Under the pieces are notes generated by a model. That model searched no databases, was not told the DNA's origin, and worked only from the letters and a program-made list of their open reading frames with translations. A stretch of DNA of 64,000 nucleotides from Abditibacterium sp. (lineage in GTDB: Bacteria; Armatimonadota; Abditibacteriia; Abditibacteriales; Abditibacteriaceae): the NCBI GenBank assembly GCA_965246885.1, contig OZ251992.1, positions 2,656,001-2,720,000 of the forward strand, read 5' to 3'. Positions 1-8,704 of the stretch are shown here, piece after piece; position 1 is the stretch's first letter; every line of letters starts with the position of its first letter. The position numbers were made by a program, and so were the translations under genes.

Positions 1-322
1 GGGCGGCACGAAGACGCTCGAAATGTGTCTGCGAAAGGGCCTGTCGAGCGTGCGCTCGCTCGACCCCATCGTGAAGAACTTCTTCGCGGGCCAAACCGAC
101 GTTTTAGCGCAGTGGGCCACCGCCTCGCGCCTTCAAGCCGCGCCCAAACGCAAGCCCAAACCCATCCCGCCCACGCCCGTGTTCACGATGCTCCCCACCG
201 CACTCCAACCCGAACCCGCGCGCGTCGAAGCGCCCCGCGCCGCGCCGTCTCTGGTTGACCACACCCCGCTCATCCTCGGCGCCAACGGCGTCGCGCTGAA
301 TGGCGTGAATGGGCATAGGTAG
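1..322 (+). CDS. Hypothetical protein, C-terminal part (5'-truncated by window edge)
   Basis: Frame open from nt 2 (GGTKTLEMCLRKGLSSVRSLDPIVKNFF...WATASRLQAAPKRK) to TAG at 320-322, followed by a strong hairpin. Confidence 0.6.
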   Translation, partial: GGTKTLEMCLRKGLSSVRSLDPIVKNFFAGQTDVLAQWATASRLQAAPKRKPKPIPPTPVFTMLPTALQPEPARVEAPRAAPSLVDHTPLILGANGVALNGVNGHR

Positions 323-333
323 AAGGGCCATTA

Positions 334-379
334 CCAAACCACCCCCGGCCCCCTCCTTGGGGGGCCGGGGGTGGTTTGG
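334..379. terminator. GC-rich hairpin between convergent genes (terminator or REP-like)
   Basis: CCAAACCACCCCCGGCCCC (334-352) pairs with GGGGCCGGGGGTGGTTTGG (361-379). Confidence 0.65.
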
Positions 380-408
380 GTAGTGTCGGCTTCGACGGAC
401 GTAGATAC

Positions 409-1287
409 TCAGTTGAACGCGGGCAGTAGATTCGACGTGGCCCACTCGCGCAGTGTGGTGGGTGTGGTCGTCGCGGGCGTGCGCGGCTCGATGTCGTAGG
501 CTTTGAGCGCGTCTTTGGTCAGGAGGCGCGAGTAAGCCTGTGCGAAACCGTCCGTCGTTCCAGCGCGCTTAAGGTTTTCAATGACCACTTGCGGGGGCAC
601 TTCGACGTAGTTAATGGGCTTGCCCAAAACCTCGGTCAATATCCCCGCCATCTCGTTGAATGAGACGTGTGCTGGGCCGTGAACGCCCACGCCCTGTTGG
701 TCGCGCCACGAACGGTCTGTCAGGTATTCCACCGCTTTGAGGGCGACATCGGGAGTGCAAACCATCGGCAACGGCACGTCGCTCGGCGCCGCCTGAAATA
801 CCGCTCCGGGCACTTTGAGAGTAGGCAACGCTTGCATTAGGTTCTCCATGAAGAAGGACGCACGGAGGTGCCGCGCGGGAACTCCGGCGGCATTGAGAGT
901 GTCCTCGGCGGCGGCAAACGCGGAGACAATGCCGTTGTCCTCGTAGCCGTGCCGTCCGGCAGAAGCAAAGACAAGGCGCGTGTCCGAGCCGCGCAGGGCA
1001 TCGGCGGCGGCGCGCGCAAAACGGTCGTGATATTCGTGCGCGTCCTCCCACGTGTTCCCTTTGCTGGTTTGCGGGATGCAAAAGAAAACTGACTCCGCGC
1101 CCGCGAAGCCGCGTTTGAGCGTTTCCACGTCGTCAAGCGAACCGGCGACCACTTCGCAGTTGTCTCGAACCGCTTGGGGCAGTTTGTCGGGGTTATATGA
1201 GATAACCCGCACCGTTTCGCCGCGCTCCAAGAGCATCCTCAGGACGTGTTGTCCAACTCTTCCGTTGGGTGTTGTGACTGTAATCAT
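409..1287 (-). CDS. NmrA-like NAD(P)H-binding protein (atypical SDR)
   Basis: N-terminal Rossmann motif ITVTTPNGRVG, GAESVFF, LRASFFMENL, MVCTPDVA, VHGP..VSFNEMA. Confidence 0.85.
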   Translation of the reverse strand: MITVTTPNGRVGQHVLRMLLERGETVRVISYNPDKLPQAVRDNCEVVAGSLDDVETLKRGFAGAESVFFCIPQTSKGNTWEDAHEYHDRFARAAADALRGSDTRLVFASAGRHGYEDNGIVSAFAAAEDTLNAAGVPARHLRASFFMENLMQALPTLKVPGAVFQAAPSDVPLPMVCTPDVALKAVEYLTDRSWRDQQGVGVHGPAHVSFNEMAGILTEVLGKPINYVEVPPQVVIENLKRAGTTDGFAQAYSRLLTKDALKAYDIEPRTPATTTPTTLREWATSNLLPAFN

Positions 1288-1379
1288 GTGTTGTTCCTCG
1301 CGGGCAATAGCCGCTTTTCGCTCGATCTCATCAAGGCTGGATAAAGAGGTCGCAAGCGAAAGGACTCTTCATCCTGCGG

Positions 1380-1422
1380 TTGACTGTTTGTCTATTATAA
1401 ATAATAATAGAGGCCGTGTCAA
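1380..1422. promoter_or_regulatory. Overlapping divergent sigma70 promoters with an 8-5-8 inverted-repeat operator
   Basis: Minus strand TTGACA(1422-1417)-17nt-TATAAT(1399-1394); plus strand TTGACT(1380-1385)-17nt-AATAAT; palindrome TCTATTAT-aaata-ATAATAGA at 1391-1411. Confidence 0.8.
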
Positions 1423-1437
1423 ATACACTTGTTTTTT

Positions 1438-2010
1438 ATGGCGACTGCCTCAGTTATCACTCCTCCCGACCTCGTGGTTCTAGCTCTGCTCGTTGAAGGG
1501 CCACGACATGGTTATGAATTGATCACAGAACTCGACCGGCGGGAAATGAGCGACTGGGTGAGCATCTCGGCGCCTCAGGTTTATTACTCGTTGCGTAAGC
1601 TCGCGGGGCGCGGTCTGATTGTCTTGGTGCCAAGCGAAGGCAGCAGTGGCCCGGAACGTCAATCCTATGCCATCACTTCCGAGGGTCAAGTTGAAATGGC
1701 GACTGCGCTGGGGCGAGAAGCGTGGGCAACCGAACGCCCTCACCAGCCATTTGTAATCTGGTTGGCGATGGCCAGACATACGGATGGGATCACACGCGCC
1801 CGGATTATCGTGGCTCGCCTCAACTTCGTGAACGCCACAATCGAGCGCGAACGCGACACTTTGGAGAGATTTGGGGTGCAGCCCGGCCCTGTGATCGAGG
1901 AAGCGCGTCTCATGATCGAACTCACCATCGCCCAGTTCGAGTGCGAACGGGTTTGGCTGGAAAAGGTCGCACGTTTGCTTGTCTCAGACCACAGCACAGC
2001 AACGCAGTGA
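1438..2010 (+). CDS. PadR family transcriptional regulator
   Basis: LALLVEGPRHGYEL...ISAPQVYYSLRKL...GPERQSYAITSEG winged-helix signature. Confidence 0.9.
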   Translation: MATASVITPPDLVVLALLVEGPRHGYELITELDRREMSDWVSISAPQVYYSLRKLAGRGLIVLVPSEGSSGPERQSYAITSEGQVEMATALGREAWATERPHQPFVIWLAMARHTDGITRARIIVARLNFVNATIERERDTLERFGVQPGPVIEEARLMIELTIAQFECERVWLEKVARLLVSDHSTATQ

Positions 2011-2081
2011 CTTGGAACGCAGTAACTAAACACGCTCTGTAACTCGACTTCAATGAGTTGCTTTGCCGCTTTCGCGGCCCC

Positions 2082-2113
2082 TTGCACACCACTCTATTCT
2101 TATTCATAATAGC
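2082..2113 (+). promoter_or_regulatory. sigma70 promoter overlapped by a second copy of the putative PadR operator
   Basis: TTGCAC(2082-2087)-17nt-CATAAT(2105-2110); TCTATTCT-tattc-ATAATAGC at 2093-2113. Confidence 0.7.
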
Positions 2114-2181
2114 CAGTTGGTTTCGTTGAGGATGGAAGGAGACGACGGTTGAACCAAAAAAAGTATGATTAAGGAAATACT

Positions 2182-2910
2182 ATGAAATCCAACACGCCCC
2201 AATATGGCTTCGACGCCCCCGGCGTTATCGCCGGACTGCTCGGAACGGGCGCCGCGTGCCTCGCTTTCGCCCGTTTGCTCCCCCAGATTCGCGTCGGAAA
2301 AGTCGCGCTTCCCATCCGCCCAACTTTGGCGCTCGTCGGTGCGGGCGCGTCGTTTTTCGGAACGCTGATGACGATTTACGGCGTGCGCGGCAAATATCGC
2401 ATGAGGGAGCGGATGCTTGGCATGGTCGAATGGCGCGGCGACGAGCAGGTTTTGGATATTGGCACAGGACGCGGCTTTCTGTTGAACGGCGCGGCGAAAC
2501 ACCTGACGGCGGGCCACGCGATTGGCATTGACATCTGGCGCCAAGAGGATTTATCGGGCAACACCCTCGAAAACGCGCTCCAAAACGCTCGACTGGAAGG
2601 CGTCGCGGACAAAATCGAGATCAAAAATGAAGACGCGCGAAAGATGAGCTTCCCCGACGCCTCGTTCGATGTTGTGCTGTCGCTTCTGTGCATCCATAAC
2701 ATCGAGGACAAAGCCGAACAAGCCGCCGCCTGCCGCGAAATCGCCCGCGTTCTCAAACCCGGCGGCAAGGCGCTCATCGCCGACTATCTGCCAACAGGCA
2801 ACTACGCCCGCGCTTTCGCCGAGACCGGGTTAACCGTCGAAAGCAACCAGACGTATTTCGCCGATGCCCTCGCGCTCATGTGGATGGTCGTTGCCTACAA
2901 GCCGTCGTAA
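2182..2910 (+). CDS. Class I SAM-dependent methyltransferase with N-terminal membrane segments
   Basis: VLDIGTGRG motif I, GIDIW, DARKMSFPDASFDVV, EIARVLKPGG; AAGGA RBS. Confidence 0.9.
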   Translation: MKSNTPQYGFDAPGVIAGLLGTGAACLAFARLLPQIRVGKVALPIRPTLALVGAGASFFGTLMTIYGVRGKYRMRERMLGMVEWRGDEQVLDIGTGRGFLLNGAAKHLTAGHAIGIDIWRQEDLSGNTLENALQNARLEGVADKIEIKNEDARKMSFPDASFDVVLSLLCIHNIEDKAEQAAACREIARVLKPGGKALIADYLPTGNYARAFAETGLTVESNQTYFADALALMWMVVAYKPS

Positions 2911-2932
2911 GTGGGCCAAACCCCAAACATAC

Positions 2933-4135
2933 TCACCCCATCTCGCCCCACGATTTTTCCAGCACGCTCATCGCTTCGTCCACATCGCCTTCGGAAATGA
3001 TAAGCGGGGGCAAAAAGCGCAGGATGGTGTCGCCGACGGCGTTGAGGACGAGGCCGTTTTCGAGGGCGCGGAGCATCAGATGGCGCGCGTTGGGGGTGGA
3101 CAGTTCGACGGCGAGCATCAGGCCGCGTCCGCGCACATCTACCGCGCCGATTTGGGCGCCCCAGTCGCGCAGGCGCGCTTTGAAGTAGTCGCCGACGCGG
3201 GCGGCGTTGTCCATGATGTTCTCGGATTCGAGGGCTTCGAGCGTCGCCAAGGCCGCCGCGCTCGCCAGGAAATTGCCGCCGAATGTCGTGCCGTGACTGC
3301 CGGGTTTGAGGGCGAGTGCGACTTCTTCGCGCGCTAACACGGCGCCAATCGGGACGCCGTTCGCCAAGCCTTTGGCGAGGGGAATGATGTCGGGACGAAC
3401 GTCGAACCACGAGTGCGCGAAAAACTTTCCGGTGCGCCCCATGCCGCACTGCACTTCGTCCAAGGCGAGCAGGGCGCCCGCGCTGTCGCAGATGCGGCGC
3501 GCTTCTTCGATGTATCGCCACCCAAGCGGCAACACGCCCGATTCGCCCAGAATCGTCTCGAACATCACGAGCGCCGTTCGTTCCGTCACCGCTTCGCGTA
3601 GGGCCTCGATGTCGTGGAAAGCGACGTGTTTGAAGCCAAGCGGAAGCGGGCCAAAGCCTTCCTGATACTTCGGTTGCCCCGTCGCGGCGAGGGCGCCGAG
3701 TGTCCGTCCGTGAAACGATTTCTGCAGCGTCACGATCTCGACGCGCTCGGTTTCGCCCCGGTCATAAGCGTAGCGGCGCGCGATTTTGATGGCGGCCTCG
3801 TTCGCTTCGGCGCCCGAATTACAAAACACCGCGCGCATCCCGCCCGACATCTCCGACAACTTCGCCGCCAAGCGCACCTGCGGCTCGATGTAGAAAAAGT
3901 TCGAGGTGTGCATGATCTGCGACGCTTGATGGGCAATCGCCGCCGTGACTTTCGGGTGATTGTGGCCCAGAATGACAACCGCGATGCCGCCCAGAAAGTC
4001 GAGATACGCGCGCCCGTTCGAGTCCCACATCCGCGCGCCCTCGCCCTTGACAAAAGCGTAAGGGAGCCGCGTGCCGTAGTTCTGGAAAGCGTCGTGGGCG
4101 TCTAATTGTTGAAGTTCAGATAAGAGATTGGACAT
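2933..4135 (-). CDS. argD: Acetylornithine aminotransferase (class III PLP enzyme)
   Basis: YLDFLGGIAV, NSGAEANEAAIK, SFHGRT, DEVQCGMGRTG, LAKGL, HGTTFGGN; adjacent to argB. Confidence 0.92.
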   Translation of the reverse strand: MSNLLSELQQLDAHDAFQNYGTRLPYAFVKGEGARMWDSNGRAYLDFLGGIAVVILGHNHPKVTAAIAHQASQIMHTSNFFYIEPQVRLAAKLSEMSGGMRAVFCNSGAEANEAAIKIARRYAYDRGETERVEIVTLQKSFHGRTLGALAATGQPKYQEGFGPLPLGFKHVAFHDIEALREAVTERTALVMFETILGESGVLPLGWRYIEEARRICDSAGALLALDEVQCGMGRTGKFFAHSWFDVRPDIIPLAKGLANGVPIGAVLAREEVALALKPGSHGTTFGGNFLASAAALATLEALESENIMDNAARVGDYFKARLRDWGAQIGAVDVRGRGLMLAVELSTPNARHLMLRALENGLVLNAVGDTILRFLPPLIISEGDVDEAMSVLEKSWGEMG

Positions 4136-4143
4136 ATTTTTTG

Positions 4144-4242
4144 ACCGCAGATGGACGCGGATAGACGCAGATGTGGCACAGATGATTTAAGTGGTTATGA
4201 AGTATTTATATTCATCTGCGTTAATCGGCGTCCATCTGCGGT
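4144..4242. repeat. Hairpin repeat family A, copy 1 (REP/MITE-like, about 9-nt sub-repeats)
   Basis: ACCGCAGATGGACGC (4144-4158) pairs with GCGTCCATCTGCGGT (4228-4242) around an AT-rich spacer. Confidence 0.8.
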
Positions 4243-4253
4243 TCAATGAATGG

Positions 4254-5120
4254 TTACTCAACGATCATCGTGCCGCAGCCGGCGTCGGTGAAGAGTTCGA
4301 TTAATAGCGAGTGTGGCGCGCGTCCATCCACGATGTGCGCGCGTTCGACGCCGCCGTTCAGGGCGTCGAGGCAACAGGTAATCTTGGGAATCATGCCCGT
4401 CGAAACGGCGCCGGACGCGATGAGGTCTTTGGCTTCGTCGCGCGTCAGTTGCGGGATAAGACTGGTCTTATCGGCGAAGTCGCGGTAAACGCCCGCGACA
4501 TCGGTCAGCAGGAGCAGTTTGGAGGCTTTGAGTTCGCACGCGATGGCGGCGGCGGCAACGTCGGCGTTGATGTTGAAGGTTTCGCCGTTTTTGCCGCGCG
4601 CGATGGGAGAAATAATAGGCACGAAGCCGCCCGCTTGCAAGGTCTCGATAACGCCTCGATCCACGCTTTCGATTTCGCCGACCAAGCCCCAATCGTGCGC
4701 GCCTTGGAACTTCTCAGCGCGCAGCAAGCCGCCATCTTTGCCGGACAAGCCAACGGAGGGCGCGCCTTTGGCTGAGAGGTCGGCGGCGATTTGCTTTCCG
4801 ATTTGGCCCAGAACCATCTCCGTGACCTGCATCGTCGCCTCGTCGGTGACGCGCATCCCGTCGAGAAAGCGCGCTTCGATGCCCAACCGCGCGCACATCT
4901 TCGAGATTTCCGGCCCGCCGCCATGCACAACCACAGGCCGAATCCCGACATAGTGGAGCAGGGCGATGTCGCCCATCACCGCGCGCTGAAGTTCGGGAGA
5001 GGTCTGCGCCGCCCCGCCATATTTGATGACGATGGTCTGCCCGTTCAAATCGCGGATAAAAGGCAGCGCCTGCGAGATAATTCGCGCGTGTTCGGCAGCA
5101 ACAGGAAGTTCGGTGGCCAT
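4254..5120 (-). CDS. argB: Acetylglutamate kinase
   Basis: VIKYGG, VVHGGGPEI, GMRVTD, NINADVAA, LLTDVAGV, GMIPKI, ELFTDAGCGT. Confidence 0.95.
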   Translation of the reverse strand: MATELPVAAEHARIISQALPFIRDLNGQTIVIKYGGAAQTSPELQRAVMGDIALLHYVGIRPVVVHGGGPEISKMCARLGIEARFLDGMRVTDEATMQVTEMVLGQIGKQIAADLSAKGAPSVGLSGKDGGLLRAEKFQGAHDWGLVGEIESVDRGVIETLQAGGFVPIISPIARGKNGETFNINADVAAAAIACELKASKLLLLTDVAGVYRDFADKTSLIPQLTRDEAKDLIASGAVSTGMIPKITCCLDALNGGVERAHIVDGRAPHSLLIELFTDAGCGTMIVE

Positions 5121-5156
5121 AGAGTTAGTTTGGTTGCCAGGGCCTAAAACGGAGTT

Positions 5157-5489
5157 TCACGGCCAGTCCAATGCCCTCTCAATCCAACGTTCAGCCCATT
5201 CACGATACCCCTGTGGGACAGGTTGTGAATCATCCAAAGCTCTAAACAACCCCTCGACGCGCAAACCGGCAGGAGACAAGTGATGTTTTCCACTTTTTAA
5301 TACAATGATTGGCTTCAGGCCATCGGCGAACCTTTTGTCCTTGTCGCCCGACTCCATCCAGTCCAAGTAACGAAAGGTGAAGCCCCACCCAAAAGGGCTA
5401 ACGACGACCTCCTCAAGGCACATATTCGGGCCGTAGTATTGCTCTGCCATCTTTTCGGCTACTTTTAAAGCCTCTTTATAGGTGATCAT
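5157..5489 (-). CDS. Small YrhB/Imm35-like protein (putative orphan immunity protein)
   Basis: 110 aa, MITYKEALKVAE...SPFGWGFTF..LDWMESGD.....G..PIIV; visibly lower GC than its neighbours. Confidence 0.55.
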   Translation of the reverse strand: MITYKEALKVAEKMAEQYYGPNMCLEEVVVSPFGWGFTFRYLDWMESGDKDKRFADGLKPIIVLKSGKHHLSPAGLRVEGLFRALDDSQPVPQGYREWAERWIERALDWP

Positions 5490-5494
5490 AAAAG

Positions 5495-6538
5495 TTAACT
5501 CAAAAACCGCGCCCGCTCCTCCGCCGTCCTCTCGAAAAGCGCGCGCAGGACGGCTTCTGATTCGGGGCGAAGCCGCGCGTTGCGTCTGCCGAGGGTGGCG
5601 CGGACGGTTTTGAGGGCGTCTTCTAAGCGGTGTTCGCTCCATCCGGCCAAGCCGCCCCAGCAGAACGAGGGGACGTATTTGGGGGAAACGCCGCCGCCGA
5701 AGATGTTGCACGCGGTGCCGATGACGGCGCCGGTCGTGAGCAGTTGTCCGATGCCGAGTTTCGTGTGGTCGCCGATGAGGGAGCCGAGGAACTGCGCGCC
5801 GGTGTCGAGGGTGTCGTCGCTCGACAGTTGGACTTTGATGTGGCCGTAGGTGTTCTTGAGGTTGCTCGTCGTGGCGAGGGCGCCGAAGTTCACCCAGCGC
5901 CCCGCCCAACTGTTGCCGACGAACCCTTCGTGGCCCTTGTTGACGCGCGACTGGAAGATGCTGGCGGAAATCTCGCCGCCGACTTTGCAGTTGGGGCCAA
6001 GGCTGGTGCCGGGGCGAAGGCGCGCGCCGTCCACTACGCTACCCTCGCCGACGAAAACGGGGCCTTGGATTTGGGAGAACTTCACTTCGACGCGCTCGCC
6101 GAGGATAATCGGGCCGCCCGAAACGTCGAGCACGCAGCCCGGTTGCACGAGGGCGCCCTGCCCGATATGCACGTCGCGGCGGTCGCCAACGATGTGCGCG
6201 CCGTGCATCATCGCGTGTTCTTGATGGTTTTCGTGGCGCTTCTGCCACTCGTGGAAGTCGCCCGCGATGTGCGCGTTCGAGTGCGTCAGAATCTCCCAAG
6301 GCGTCGCGGCGGGCAGGCCGGGGAACAAGTCGCCCTCGACATCCTCGTTGACGCGCAGCCCCGTCTTGGCGCGCAGATACGCCGCCAGTTCGGGCCGACA
6401 GCGCAACGCGACATCGGGCGTGACGAGCAAGGCGCGGTCGAGCGGACACAGCGCGCCGTAGCGCAGTTCAAAGGTGGCGCGCGTGTCGGCGAGCGGCCCG
6501 AATGGGCGCGCGTCCTCTTCGGCAACAATCAGTGGCAT
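5495..6538 (-). CDS. GlmU-related protein: short sugar-nucleotidyltransferase-like N-terminus plus hexapeptide (left-handed beta-helix) acyltransferase domain
   Basis: FGPLADTRATFELRYG; hexapeptide repeats; KVGGEI..S....NKGHEGFVGNS..GRWVNFGA..TTSNLKNTY; FLGSLIGDHTK. Confidence 0.8.
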   Translation of the reverse strand: MPLIVAEEDARPFGPLADTRATFELRYGALCPLDRALLVTPDVALRCRPELAAYLRAKTGLRVNEDVEGDLFPGLPAATPWEILTHSNAHIAGDFHEWQKRHENHQEHAMMHGAHIVGDRRDVHIGQGALVQPGCVLDVSGGPIILGERVEVKFSQIQGPVFVGEGSVVDGARLRPGTSLGPNCKVGGEISASIFQSRVNKGHEGFVGNSWAGRWVNFGALATTSNLKNTYGHIKVQLSSDDTLDTGAQFLGSLIGDHTKLGIGQLLTTGAVIGTACNIFGGGVSPKYVPSFCWGGLAGWSEHRLEDALKTVRATLGRRNARLRPESEAVLRALFERTAEERARFLS

Positions 6539-6546
6539 ATATTTGG

Positions 6547-6650
6547 AGCCACAGATGGACACGGAGAACACGGATGGTTTAAAGATGTTGGAGTGGATAA
6601 ATCCTAAAACATCCCTCTCTTATCCGTGTTCTCCGTGTCCATCTGTGGCT
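6547..6650. repeat. Hairpin repeat family A, copy 2
   Basis: Perfect 29-bp inverted repeat AGCCACAGATGGACACGGAGAACACGGAT (6547-6575 and 6622-6650). Confidence 0.9.
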
Positions 6651-6660
6651 AATGGAAAGA

Positions 6661-7404
6661 CTACCGAATGATGCGCGGGCCGGTAATCAGGCCCGTTGGC
6701 GCGGTGAACGATTGGCCGGTGATGCGGGTGTAGTTGGCGCGCAGGTCTTGGAGGACGCGGGCCAGTTCCGCTCCGGCGCGCGGGTCAATGCGGCTTTTGA
6801 GGGTGTCGTAGAGCGCGCCGAAAGCGTCAATGGCGAGGCGGGCTTCTTTGTCGTTGCGGGCGATGAGGCCGGTGTAGGGGTTGGCGACTAACCCCATGTG
6901 GACGGCGGCGTAGCGCGGAAGTTCCGAGGCGGTCTGGATGAGGATGGGCGCGACTTCAAGGCGGCTCATGCTTTCGGCGCGCTGTGCCATCATCTGCCGC
7001 ACTTTGTCCTTTTCCTCTTCCGTCAAGGGGCGCCCGACTTCCTGTTCGAGTTGCGCGAACTGCTCGGCTTCCATTTGCGCGCCCAGCATTTCCGCTTCTT
7101 CCTCGGTTAGTTCGCGGTCGAGATCGTCGTCTTCGGCCTCATAGTCGGCGGAAGCGGGAACCGTTTCGGTCGCATCGGCGGCGTCACCGGCGGCAATGGG
7201 CGCCGACACCGCTTCGCCGGGGTTCTCATGAAGCGACGACGCACCGATGATCTGGGGCGTGGCTTGCGGCGCGGCTTGGCCGGGGACTTGGATGAGCGGG
7301 CTACTCGCGGGCGCGGTGCCTTTCCGCTCGTCGTCGCTCAGCAGTCGGTTGTCAATGATTTGAAAGCGCGGCTTGTCGTCGCGTTCTTCGGAGTTGTTGG
7401 CCAT
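6661..7404 (-). CDS. DUF1844-like domain protein with acidic disordered N-terminal region
   Basis: FQIIDNR N-terminus; C-terminal AAVHMGLVANP..G....D..EARLAID...L......LQDLRANY. Confidence 0.7.
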   Translation of the reverse strand: MANNSEERDDKPRFQIIDNRLLSDDERKGTAPASSPLIQVPGQAAPQATPQIIGASSLHENPGEAVSAPIAAGDAADATETVPASADYEAEDDDLDRELTEEEAEMLGAQMEAEQFAQLEQEVGRPLTEEEKDKVRQMMAQRAESMSRLEVAPILIQTASELPRYAAVHMGLVANPYTGLIARNDKEARLAIDAFGALYDTLKSRIDPRAGAELARVLQDLRANYTRITGQSFTAPTGLITGPRIIR

Positions 7405-7434
7405 AGTGGATTCCTTTGCAAAAGGCGCGCGAGT

Positions 7435-8025
7435 TTAGGGCGAAACCGGCGCCAGCACACCCGCCAACCCGTGCAATTTCCGGGCGAACTCCGCATCTGG
7501 CAGGGCGGGCACGGCGCGCGCCGCAAGCGGCGTGTCCCATTCCACCCACGACTTACAGCCCAAATCCTGCGGGCGAAGCTCCAACCGGATGGGCGATTCC
7601 AGCTTCCAGAAGCGTAGCGCCGCGCACAAAAGCGGCTTCTCCTCTTGGTAAGCGAAGCGCAAATCCAGATACGCCCGCGAGTAAATATGCTCCGCCTCGC
7701 GCAGCGCCGATTCCGCATCTTCGCGCAGTTGCCACACCCGTTCCACGCGCGCGAAATGGCGTAGATAAACCACCTTCGCCGTTTCGTCCGCTTCGCGCGG
7801 CGCGGCTTGCCACAACTCCTGATGCTCCGCTTTCACCAAGCCGCGCTCCTGATGGAACCACGTCGGCATGAGAAAGAACTCCCGGTGTTCAAGCGAGAAC
7901 GCGCCGTCTTCATCGTGCAACCCGCCCTTGCGAAGCAGCAATATCTGCCGCCCCTGCGCGAGCGACTCGCACGAAATCGCCCATTCCTTCAAGGCGGCGG
8001 ACGAGGAAACTTCGATTGAATCCAT
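7435..8025 (-). CDS. DUF1802 family protein
   Basis: ALKEWA....L..GRQILLLRKGGL.D, F.L.PTWFHQ, GCKSWV. Confidence 0.85.
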   Translation of the reverse strand: MDSIEVSSSAALKEWAISCESLAQGRQILLLRKGGLHDEDGAFSLEHREFFLMPTWFHQERGLVKAEHQELWQAAPREADETAKVVYLRHFARVERVWQLREDAESALREAEHIYSRAYLDLRFAYQEEKPLLCAALRFWKLESPIRLELRPQDLGCKSWVEWDTPLAARAVPALPDAEFARKLHGLAGVLAPVSP

Positions 8026-8043
8026 AGAAATAGGGACGCATAT

Positions 8044-8145
8044 TAGCCACCGATGGACACAGAAAACACGGATGATTTTAGAGAATTGGCTGGCTGGCTT
8101 CCCCAATCTTTTCCTATCCGTGTTCTCCGTGTCCATCGGTGGCTA
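8044..8145. repeat. Hairpin repeat family A, copy 3
   Basis: 30-bp inverted repeat (8044-8073 and 8116-8145) with 2 mismatches. Confidence 0.9.
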
Positions 8146-8182
8146 TAACCTTGGCCCCGAAATCGAGCGGTTTCCCGTCGCC

Positions 8183-8689
8183 ATGACTTTCCCATTCCAC
8201 AACGGCGACGCCGCCCTCGACTTTGAACTCACCGACTGCCTCGACAAAACGTGGCGCCTCAGCGACCACAAGGGCAAGCTCGTCTGCCTGTATTTCGCGC
8301 GCGGTGAATACTGCCCGACGACGCGCGGCGAGTTCGCTTACTTCAACGCCTTTGCGCGCTTGTTCCCGAAGATGAACTGCGAGTTCGCTTTCGTAGTCAA
8401 CGGGGGCCGCCGCGAACACGCGAAATTCGCCCGCGACTTGCGCATCGCACTTCCCATTTTAGTGGACGACGACGGCGCGATTGGCGAGAAATACGGCATC
8501 TACGGCGTCAACCACAACGACCTAAAGCGCGACGACTACAAGAACTACATCGCCCCCGGCGTGTATCTGATTGACGTGGATGGCGACATCTCCGCCTTCT
8601 GGCTCGCCAGCGCCCCGCGCGGCCTCCCCTCACCCGAAGCGATTTTAGGGATTTTGGGCTACGCGGAGCATAACGGGGGTAAGTATTGA
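8183..8689 (+). CDS. AhpC/TSA-type redoxin (thioredoxin fold)
   Basis: DFELTD......LSDHKGKLVCLYFARGEYCPTT, PILVDDDG.IGEKYGI, PGVYLID.DG. Confidence 0.75.
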   Translation: MTFPFHNGDAALDFELTDCLDKTWRLSDHKGKLVCLYFARGEYCPTTRGEFAYFNAFARLFPKMNCEFAFVVNGGRREHAKFARDLRIALPILVDDDGAIGEKYGIYGVNHNDLKRDDYKNYIAPGVYLIDVDGDISAFWLASAPRGLPSPEAILGILGYAEHNGGKY

Positions 8690-8704
8690 AGAATGGGGGC
8701 AACC

